DNA of 64,000 bases from Eledone cirrhosa (Eukaryota). The stretch is from NCBI GenBank assembly GCA_964016885.1, contig OZ024740.1:291710001-291774000 (forward strand), in the 5' to 3' direction. The translations under genes were made by a program, and so were the position numbers. Shown here piece after piece: positions 9,972 to 22,896 of the stretch (its first letter is position 1; every line of letters starts with the position of its first letter). A model generated the notes under the pieces. It was not told the DNA's origin. It saw nothing but the letters and a program-made list of their open reading frames with translations, and did no database searches.

Positions 9972-11192
9972 TCATCATCATCATCATCATCACTGTTTTA
10001 CGTCCGTTCTTCCATGCTAGCATGGGTTAGACGGGTTGTCCTGTTGTGGGCAGTGTCTGGTCGGCTGACCATGCCTTGCTCATACAGGAACTGATTTTGG
10101 CTTCATTTCTACAGCTGGATGCCCTTCCTAACACCAACCTCATTTACAGTGAGTGCTGGGTGCTTTTTTCCATGGCGCCTACACGTCCACTTTACAGTGT
10201 GGGCTGGGTGCTTTTTTGCCGTGGCACCTCCACGACCATTTTGCAGTGGGAGGGTGTGGGGGCATATTGTCCATATGCTTCAGCTTGTACCCATGGGGGG
10301 GTCGGGTATTCTGTATTACTGCTTGACGCCAGAGGTCACGGTCGTGTGTCATCGCCTTTGAGAGGTGTAATTGGGTAAGGTCAGCTTTTATCACCTCATC
10401 CCAGATCTTCTTGGGTCTCCCGACTCTGCGGTTTCCATTGACTTCTAGTGCTCTGCACCTTTTTATGCAACTGCCATCCTTCATATGCATCACATGTCCA
10501 TACCAACGCAACCGCCTCTCCTGCACACAGCATTTGATTCCTCTTATGCTCAGTCTCTCTCTCAATTCATTTATGCTTTGCCGTTCGCATATATTACTGT
10601 CACACATCCATCGGAGCATGCAGGCTTCGTTTCTTTCTAATCTACGTAAGTCTTCCACCTTCAGCGCCCAGGTCTCACTACCATGTAACATTGCTGTTCG
10701 TACACACGCATCATACAGTCTGCCTTTCATTTTGAGGGAGAAGCCTTTTGCAGCTAGCAGTGGCAGTAGTTCCCTGAACTTCTTCCATCCCTTCTTACCC
10801 TAGTTATTGTACTTTCTGAACACCCACCTCCGCTGCTAATTCGGTCACCTAGGTAGCAGAAGCTGTCTACTGTCTCTACAGAGCCCTCCCAGAGATTGGT
10901 GGTACTTGTTTCCTGTGGCTGTTTGCTGCTTGCTGTCCCAGCACAGCTTCTGCATGTGAAGCCTACATTCTTAATTAAGCTTCCTGAGATCCCGCTACAT
11001 CTCTTGTGTACCCATTGTTTGCATTTGGGGCAGAGAATGGAGTTCCTACCTACACCTTTCCTACATACTGAGCAAGGCCATTTCCCTGAGGGGATCTGGG
11101 TTCTGTTTTCTAGTCTGCTTACAAGGACCTTAGTCTTTGTCATGTTGACTTTGAGACCCTTTCTTTCTACTCCCTGCTTCCAAGTTTGGAAT
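9972..11192 (-). mobile_element. RTE LINE 3' 1.2 kb (PHD-like finger, RT thumb, 3' UTR)
   Basis: ORFs 10754-11143 (WPCSVC..CPKC..HKRC..CRSC, FCYLGD) and 10179-10730 (LHGSETW, RLRWYGHV); (CAT)n tail. Confidence 0.9.
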
Positions 11193-11469
11193 TTCTATAT
11201 ATATATCTTATAATGGTTTTCTGTACTTCAGTAAAGCTTTTACTGTTTCAAAAGTAAAACTGAATCTAATTTAAGTCAGCTTATTTCAAAAGTATCTTTT
11301 CAAGGGTGTGGTTGTAATTTGAGTTTGATTGACAAGTATGGGGATCTACCAGGAAGGGGGTTCTATGATTTAATGGTAGAGAAGAAAAAAAAAAACAAGG
11401 AAAATGTGTGTACATATATATAGATATATATATATGTATATATACATACATATATATATTTATATATCA

Positions 11470-11633
11470 TCATCATTTTCATCACCATCATCATCATCAT
11501 TTTACGTCTGCTTTTCCCTGCTTGCAAGGGTGAGACAGGTCCTTTCCAGCGCAGCATCTCTCCATTCATCACAGTCCTTCATCATCTCCTCTGTGAGCTT
11601 CAGTGATCTGAGGTCAGCTCTCATCACCTCCGC

Positions 11634-11636
<3 letters not shown>
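11470..11636 (-). mobile_element. RTE 3' end fragment
   Basis: Reverse homolog of 811-967. Confidence 0.75.
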
Positions 11637-11678
<42 letters not shown>

Positions 11679-11689
11679 TATTGTAAGGA

Positions 11690-11978
11690 GGTAGTGCTGG
11701 TGTCATAAAAAGTATCCAGTTCACACTATAAGGTAGTAGTATTGTTGCTATGACAAAAACCACCCAGCCCCTATAATATGGTAGTGCATGACTCACGATA
11801 AATTGCTCCCAATACATGCTGTAAAGTGGTTGGCATTAAGAAGGGCATCCAGCCATAGACACCAAGCAAAAAATGGAAGATATGAGCAAAATGTAGTCAC
11901 TTGACCAGTCTATTCTCAGTACATGACAGCACATTTTAACTCACGCAAGTATGGAAAATAGACATTAAACTGTGATGA
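11690..11978 (+). mobile_element. SINE body / RTE-type tail
   Basis: GTAAAGTGGTTGGCATTAAGAAGGGCATCCAGC motif and tail. Confidence 0.65.
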
Positions 11979-12253
11979 TACATGACATATATGATATATA
12001 TATATATATACATCAAATATGACATATATAATATATATATATATATATATGTAAAGTTATATTTAAAATTGTTGGGTTACAACTAGTAAAATGAAGTCGG
12101 TGTTATTACGGTATGTCGAATCTATTTATCTATAAAACTGTTTATATTGTATTTTGTCTGATGAAGGCATAGCATATTGTTAATATGATATCTCCGAAAT
12201 ATATATAATGAAATAAATATGGTTTTATAAATATAGTTTTCCATTTATTTAAT

Positions 12254-12310
<57 letters not shown>

Positions 12311-12314
<4 letters not shown>

Positions 12315-12590
12315 TCATCGTCGTCATTGTTATTTTAACGTCCGCTTTCCCAGCTACCAATAATTGGACGGGTTCATATAGACCATGTTTGTACTGAAAC
12401 AGAGCCCCTGATCTCCCAGACAAGCCAGGGACCTGTGCACTTATGTATAGTTTTGTGTTCTTTCGCATGCTCAAGAGAAGTTATCATACCTTTGACACAA
12501 CTGAGGGTCCTCCCAACCCTTTGGCTGGCAAGATTTCTATGGCTGGATGCCCTTCCTATTACCAACCACTTTACAGCTTGTACTGAGTGT
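12311..12590 (-). mobile_element. SINE / RTE-type tail variant
   Basis: GCTGGATGCCCTTCCT motif; homolog at 46200-46440 (+). Confidence 0.7.
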
Positions 12591-12880
12591 GTTTATATAT
12601 ATATATATATATATATATATGTAAAAGTTCTATTTAAATTGTTGGGATACAACAAGCAAATATTTTAATAACTGATATAAAGCACTCAACAAATAATTGG
12701 AGTAAAAATACGATATTAACAAATGGAAACTATATTTATAAAACCATATTTATTTCATTATACATATTTCAAGGACACCAAGTTAAATTATGGTGTGCTT
12801 TCATGGAGCTTCCAACAGTAATGGTTGCATTCTTTAAGGGTATGTCAATATTTATTTATAAGACTGCTCTATATTATATT

Positions 12881-13070
12881 AGGCGGTGGATTGGCAGTAT
12901 CGGTAGAGGGTCGGACGCCATGCTTTCCAGCATAGTTACGTCCCTTTACGATCTGAGTTCAAGTCCCGCCGAGGTTGACTTTGCCTTTCATCCTTACGGG
13001 GTCGATAAAATAAAGTACCAGTAATGCACTGGATATTTGCTGGCCTTGTGCCTAAAGTAGAAACAATTAT
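12881..13070 (+). mobile_element. tRNA-derived SINE (family A, Meta-domain-like centre), full length
   Basis: A box TGGCAGTATCGG, B box GAGTTCAAGTCC, GCCTTTCATCCTTACGGGGTCGATAAA; flanked by the ATTATATT direct repeat (12873-12880 / 13066-13073). Confidence 0.85.
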
Positions 13071-13559
13071 ATTTTATCTGATGAAAGCATACCATAATTT
13101 AACCATGTATAATGAAATAAATATGGTTTTATAAATATAGTTTCCATTTGTTAATATCGTATATATATATATAGACATTCAAAGTATGGATAAAAAAAAT
13201 AATAGCATTATTAGATATCAACGCATTTATAAATGTATTTAAAATGAACATGAGAAGAAACTGGCTGTGCAGAGAGACAAAAGACACAAAGAATTAAGGA
13301 ATTAAAGACAGAAAGATATTTTTAATGCTTCACTGTGGAAGGAATGACTTAATTTTTCAATTAAAGCTTTGTTTAGAAGAAAGTGGAAAGGTTGTGTGGT
13401 TCAAAACAACAGTCTTCATTGTAAAGCAACTTTCAAGCATTCAGTTAAGAAGACGTGAATGGATAATAGAAGCGGTGTTCTTTGACACTTCAAAAATCAA
13501 AACTAAAGAAATAAATGGTGCTAAAGAAAACTAGTCCTTTTACCAGTATGAAAATACAC

Positions 13560-16439
<2,880 letters not shown>

Positions 16440-16440
<1 letters not shown>

Positions 16441-17105
16441 TCACACAAACTCCTACATAGATAGATACATACACATTAAAAGTGACATCAACACACATAC
16501 ATAGACAGATACATATTAAAACTAACACCAATACACATACATAGACATACACACACATTCAACCTAACACCAATACACATACATAGACAGATACATACAC
16601 ATTAAAACTAACACCTATACACACACATAGACACGTACATACACATTAAAACTAACACCTATGCACATACATACACATTAAAAGTGACACCAACACATAC
16701 ATAGACACATACATACACATTTAAATTGACACAATACACATACATACATAGACACATACATACACATTTAAATTGACACTGAGACACATACATACACATT
16801 AAAATTGACACCAATACACATACATACATAGATACATACAAACACATTAAAATTGACACCGATATACATACATAATAGACACATACATACATAGATACAT
16901 AGATACATACATACATACACAAACACATACATACATAGACACATATACATTCAAATTGACACCAATACACATACATACATAGACACATACATACACATTA
17001 AAATTGACACTGAGACACATACATACACATTAAAATTGACACCAATACACATACATACATAGACACATACATACACATTAAAATTGACACCAAGACACAT
17101 ACATA
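16440..17105 (+). repeat. Minisatellite of roughly 35-48 bp units (CACATTAAAATTGACACCAATACACATACATACATAGACACATACATA)
   Basis: Recurrent ATTAAAA(T/C/G)T(G/A)ACAC anchor separated by CATA tracts. Confidence 0.8.
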
Positions 17106-17249
17106 GAGAAAATGCAAGCAAGATATTTAATGATATAAATGAGTCATATTGTCGTTTTTTTCACTAAATAAAGGATCTGAAAAGTTTCAAGACAGACTGA
17201 CAGTTTGATATAAAGAGGTGTGTGACAACTATAAAAGAAAGCTTTGTTG

Positions 17250-17438
17250 TGTCTAATGGCTGTTGCAGTTGTTGTTTTTGCTATTTGTACTCTCATGTAG
17301 TTTTTAATGGTTGTTGTAGTAGTTGTTGTTGTTGCTTCTGCTGTTGTTGTTGTAGTTGTTGTTTGTACTCTCATGTAATCTTTAATGGTTGTTGTTGTTG
17401 TTGTTGTGTTGTTGTTTTTGTTGTTGTTGTTGTTGTTG

Positions 17439-17495
<57 letters not shown>

Positions 17496-17515
17496 TTGTT
17501 TGTACTCTCATGTAG
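17250..17515 (+). repeat. (GTT)n/(GCT)n trinucleotide repeat with a triplicated TTGTACTCTCATGTA anchor
   Basis: Seen directly. Confidence 0.9.
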
Positions 17516-17744
17516 GACTGGTGTTGAAAAGCAGTTCTTAATGAAGAGTTCTCTGATAAATAACTTCTCTCACATAATGGAGTGGAGAATGTTATTATTA
17601 CATTGTGTCAGGGACATACTTTAGATATACATAGATATATATATCCAGGGAGTGTAACTTGGAGTTACTGTAGGTTCACCCGGGTGAGCACTCGATGTTT
17701 AGGTTCACTTCAGTGTCGAGGTGTAAGAGCTAGACAGAGTGTAT

Positions 17745-18000
17745 TATAGTGAAAAGATAACAAGGACGATTGGTTACTCCTTCATTACGTTTATTGGTAG
17801 GTGATGCGCGTTTCGCCACTGATCAGCTCAAGGTTCGATCTGAATCCTTGTACCCCTTGAAGTCCGTCGAGCTGCAGATTACAGAGTCGGGTAAGATCGA
17901 TACAGATCGAACCTTGAGCTGATCAGTGGCGAAATGCGCGTCACCAACTAATAAATGTAATGAAGGAGTAACCAATCGTCCTTGTTATCTTTTCACTATA
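17745..18000. repeat. 98-bp-arm inverted repeat (foldback), probably an inverted PLE pLTR end
   Basis: 17745-17842 pairs with 17903-18000 with few mismatches around a 60-nt loop; arm has GGC-GAAA(C/T)GCGCGTC-ACC then AATAAA. Confidence 0.85.
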
Positions 18001-18057
18001 TATATATATGTGTGTGTGAGAGAGAGAGAAAGAGTTAGAAGGTAAAGTGTGAGCATA

Positions 18058-18560
18058 TATAAAAAGGTGCAGAGCACTCAAAGTCAATGGAAGCCTTGGA
18101 CTAGGGAGACCCAGAAAGAGGTGATAAAAGCTGACCTTGATTAATTGCACCTCTCAAAGACGATGACACAGGACCGAGATCTCTGGCGTTATACAGTAAT
18201 ACAGAAGACCCATCTTCCCATGGGCACAGATTGAAGCAGAAGTATATATACAGCATGCACCACACCACCTCTACCCTACCCCATCTTCCCATACATCTCC
18301 CATGAGGGCAGGCTGAAGCATACATCTAGTGAAGCCTCCAGCCCACACTGTAAAGTGGTTGTGATGGAAACACAGCAAAAAGCACCCAGTACTCACTGTA
18401 AATGAGGTTGGCGTTAGGAAGGGCATCCAGCTGTAGAAACCAAGCCAAAATCAGTTCTGTAGGAGCAAGACATGGTCCTTGACCTGGCATTGCTCACAAC
18501 AGGACAACTCGTCTAACCCATGCTAGCATGGAAAAATAGACGTTAAACAGTGATAATGAT
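18058..18560 (+). mobile_element. RTE 3' end plus 3' UTR
   Basis: Homologous to 9972-10465 in the opposite orientation. Confidence 0.8.
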
Positions 18561-18844
18561 ATATATGTGTGTGAGAGAGAGGGAGAGAGAAAGTGTTAGA
18601 AGATAAGTTGTGAGTATATATAGTACAGTGTGGAGTGGGGGCTAGGGTGAGAGAGGTGCATGGGTATTGGAGAGGTAGATCTAGTGGAGGGTGGATGAGG
18701 AGTGGGTGTTAGGACATGCATGGAATGTGAGGACATTGGTGTATGGAAAGAGGAGATAAGGGAAAGTAGTGCATACAAGATGTATGCTTTAACTTGTGCA
18801 CATGAGAAGGTGAGTCTTCTGTATTACTGAGTCTTCTGTATTAC

Positions 18845-19032
18845 TGATGAGTTGTGGTGCACCTGGGCACTGTACACAATATTTCATTATTGTTATTATT
18901 ATTATATCATGACTCATACACTGTTCATTTTCCTGACATTTGTACATTATTCTATGTACTATACATGCACCTTTGATGAGTTGTAGTGCACCTGAGCACT
19001 GTACACAATAATTTCATTATTATTATTATTAT
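18845..19032 (+). mobile_element. Two tandem CR1 3'-end fragments with (ATT)n tails
   Basis: GATGAGTTGTAGTGCACCTGAGCACTGTACACAATA matches the 3' end of the CR1 at 50630-50760. Confidence 0.85.
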
Positions 19033-19080
19033 AATGCTAGAGATCTTGATCCTGTGTCATCGCCTTCGACAAGTATATCC

Positions 19081-19111
<31 letters not shown>

Positions 19112-19155
19112 ATTTGTTTTCGCTCTTAACATGGTGGATACCTAAATGTATTTGA

Positions 19156-19543
19156 TCATCATCATCATCATCATTTTACATCCGCTTTTCCCTGCTTGCA
19201 AGGGTGGGACAGGAACCGATTCTGGCTTGATTTCTACAGCTGGATGCCCTTCCTAACACCAACCTCATTTACAGTGAGTGCTGCGTGCTGTTTTTCCATG
19301 GCGCCTACACGTCCACTTTACAGTGTGGGCTGGGTGCTTTTTTGCTGTGGCACCTCCACGACCACTTTACAGTGGAATGATAGGGACCCCAGTCCTATCA
19401 TCTCATTTCTACAGCTGAGTAAACTGGAGCAATGTGAAATAAAGTGTCTTGCTCAAAGAAACAACACATCACCCGGTCTGAGAATTGAACTCACAACCTT
19501 TCGATTGCAAGGTCAATGCTCTAACCACTAAGCCATGCGCCTC
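19156..19543 (-). mobile_element. SINE: tRNA head (family B) joined to subrepeat body and RTE-type tail
   Basis: A/B boxes at 19480-19540; body as in 4090-4240; (CAT)n tail. Confidence 0.75.
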
Positions 19544-19555
19544 CATGATGTGAAT

Positions 19556-19748
19556 AATAATTGTTTCTACTTTTGGTACAAGGCCAGCAATTATCCCAGT
19601 GCATTACTGGTACTTTATTTTATCAACCTCGTAAGGATGATAGGCAAAATTAACCTCAGCGGAATTTGAACTCAGATCGTAAAGGGCCGTAACTCCATGC
19701 TGAAAAGCATGGTGTCTGACCCTCTTCCGATACTACCAATTCACCGCC
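19556..19748 (-). mobile_element. SINE family A
   Basis: Reverse copy of 12881-13070. Confidence 0.85.
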
Positions 19749-20078
19749 CTTTGTAGTGAATAATAATAATAAGCTGAGAGAAAACAATCAACAATTGTTT
19801 CAGAGTGTTTGCTCCTTATCAAGATTGTGTATTCTTTTGTTCTTCATCCTTTTGTTCCAAGGAGCAAACACTTGTTGATTGTTTTCTCTCAACTACCGCT
19901 GGAACAAAAGGATGAAGTTGTTCATCTAGAAAACACACATGGTGTTTATGAGGCTGTTTGCTTGCAAACAAACCAAATATTGATAATACTATAATAATAA
20001 TATTATTATTATAGTATTATTATTCACTCACAAATATATTTATATAATATATATATATTTATATAATATATATATATT

Positions 20079-20151
<73 letters not shown>

Positions 20152-20926
20152 GTCGATTGACTGTTGTCAAATCAGACCGAGGAAACAATGTTCCATTGGT
20201 CTTTCCAATTGCTAATACTATCTATTGTTTGCAACTCCAGGTAAAAGGAGCAATGTGCAAATCCTCACAATTGCAAATCCAATTCTCTAATTGCTCAACC
20301 ACGAGAGTGAGAGACCCCTAGTTCTTGTTAGGACATCATTCTAGATGGAAAACTCTAATGTAAAACCTGCAACTCAACGGCAGTCAAAGATGTTAACCTG
20401 TTCTTCTTTTTGGATACCTGTCACTGTTGTTCAGAGAGTGGGATAGATTCAGTGAATGACCTTTCTTCACTTAAAAAAGCTTCAAGCACAGGCCTCACTT
20501 GATCTAAACAACTTTCACATGTTGTGTGAGCATGGCCTTTCTTTTTCTTTCACTGTAGCATATGCAGAAAGGAATCTAAGTTCTTGGAGGGCTAGAAAGT
20601 CATGTTCATGCTACCCATGTATGAGAAAAAGGACAAGGAATGGCAATTCTCAAAACGGAGATGTAGCCAATATGTATATATATAGTATACTTCTTATACT
20701 GATATAAAGATATATTAGCATATGTTTTATGTATAACCATACATAAAGATAGTCAAACACTAACCAAATGAGTGCTCAATATATATAAATAGATTACAGA
20801 TTTTATTCAAGATTATCATTGCAATTCCAAGACTGAAACTTCCTTTTGGAGTGCTCAGTTATTGAAGCAAACAAGGGAAATAACTCCTACACCCCTGGTT
20901 TATTTGATTTTTCAAACAACACAATA

Positions 20927-21770
20927 CAGTCGAGTCCGCTTAAGAGTATATCGGATAAGAGTATAGCATAATCAATTCCCGAATTTATGTACTATGTTTT
21001 GTACAGTGCATGGGTCCGCTTAAGAGTATATCGGATAAGAGTATAGTTCGCATAAGAGTATGGCATAATCAATTCCCGTTTATATATTTTCTATATAATT
21101 TAGTCCGAATAAGAGTATGTACATAAAATAAAGTACCAGTAATGCACTGAGTAATTTCTGGCCTTGTGCCTAAAGTAGAAACAAGTATGTACAGCCACCG
21201 GAAATAATATCTGTGACATAAATAACTCTATCTATCTGCTTAGCTACCATGAAACAAACAACCCTTAAGCCACCAAAATAAAACACCTACGCAGCAGCTA
21301 AAACATCAAACGATTATTTTTGTATAAATAGAGTGGTTCCAAACACAGTCGTCCTTTGGCAGAGTCAGCTCGCGTATCGTTGTTCCTCTCCTCTGCCACA
21401 CTTGTCACTCACACACGCCTTGTACCTCTGTATCGTCTCTTCAAATTATACTCTGTCTGAGATCGAGGAATTGATTGAAAAAAAAATTGCGAGTGCTAAA
21501 AAGCATTTTGGACTATTTTCAGGAAATAAAAATTGCATACCAATATGTTGAAATATTGCTTCATTTATCTATAATTTGCAATAATTCTTGTTGAATTTTT
21601 TGGTGTAACTTTCATTTTTTTTACTTATAAATGGATTTTAAACGATAATAAAGCGATTTTTAATCATTGAAAGATTCAAAATAATAATACTATGAAATAT
21701 TTTTACTTAGTCCAGTTAAGAGTATACTATTTTCCCTTCCCGAAGGTATACTCTTAAGCGGATTCGACTG
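20927..21770. mobile_element. Tc1/mariner (pogo/Tigger-like) MITE
   Basis: 24-bp TIRs CAGTCGAGTCCGCTTAAGAGTATA / TATACTCTTAAGCGGATTCGACTG, TA on both sides, subterminal TAAGAGTAT repeats; internal SINE-A 3' piece at 21124-21183 with AGTATGTACA duplication. Confidence 0.9.
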
Positions 21771-22339
21771 TAGTAGTAGACTGTCCCTATAAGCTATCTT
21801 GATGAAAACAACTGACATGTTTTGATCTTATATACATAATCATCATCATTTTATGTTCGCTTTCCATGCTGGCATGGGTTGGATGGTGTGTCATGGTCTG
21901 AGACCAGACGGGTAAGAGCAACCACATCTTGTTCATATAATCTATATGTTACATAGTTTCTACAGCTGGAAGCCAAACCACTTTACAAAGTGTATTGGGT
22001 GCATTCTTTGGGATACCAACAATTCCACTTTACAGAATGTACTAGATGCATTTAATCATGGCCCCAACACTAGAAAGTTTGTCACATGCTAGGCCAGGCT
22101 GAAATATCCTCTCAAACTCTATATCATCTCCGTTCAACCATCAAACACTGTAGTCACTGTTGGTCCTGTGTTAACTTTGAGAGGTTACAAACTAAAACCA
22201 ACCAAGCTCACAGTTAAAGCTCTACTTCATTAATACACCCATTCTGAATCTCACCACATATTGTGTACTACTCTAATTTGTGGTCTTCCTGGTTTTCACA
22301 CCATATATATATATATATGCACATATGTCATTCACAAGC

Positions 22340-22896
22340 TCTACTAAGGCTCATGCATACCATTTAGCCTCTAATAAGGCTAGAGGTGAAAATCGAATTA
22401 GCTCTCGAACTTGCTCTGGTTTACCTCCTGATATACGCCAAAGCTATGTGATGTAACTTCCTTAAACCGCAACTCAGCACCGCATGAAAGTTTTAGCCTA
22501 CGCAACGATGGGCAGATATGGAAATTTGTTAAGTCTGGTGAGACATGGAGAATGGATACCAGCTGGTCTAAGCATATTGTACCCACAATGAAAAAGCTGT
22601 GGGAAACTAAACAAGAACAACCTGCCATCCGCTGTATATCATCATAAGTTGAAATACAAATTATTGTCCTTAAAAAGCTTGTAGTTTATGCAACAAAATC
22701 AATCTTTTTCATTCTCATGTCAAAAGTATTGACCCCGATTTCATTACAGTTATGGAAACATGGGCGCATTCTTTACTCTGTGATGGAGTTTTTAGCATAG
22801 ATGGTTAGAACTTCACAAAAACTGTATTAATCATGGTGGTGGTAGTATGATGGTCTACGTTCATTCAAACTTTTCAGCAATTCCTTGCGATGATTT
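22340..22896 (+). mobile_element. CR1 LINE fragment (ORF1 end and endonuclease N-terminus)
   Basis: Clearly homologous to 53320-53800 (minus); YKLLSL, DPDFITVMETW, GGGSMMVYV. Confidence 0.85.

Larger units (their letters stand above)
12051..13160 (+). mobile_element. PLE pLTR family F fragments (direct and inverted copies) with hammerhead-like motif, interrupted by SINEs
   Basis: 12051-12260, 12705-12805 (inverted) and 13070-13160 share ATGAAATAAATATGGTTTTATAAATATAG; CTGATGA...CCGAAA at 12158-12199. Confidence 0.55.

Noticed and set aside
17103-17230. Minus-strand exon-like segment
   Set aside because: Stops in all frames, no supporting neighbours
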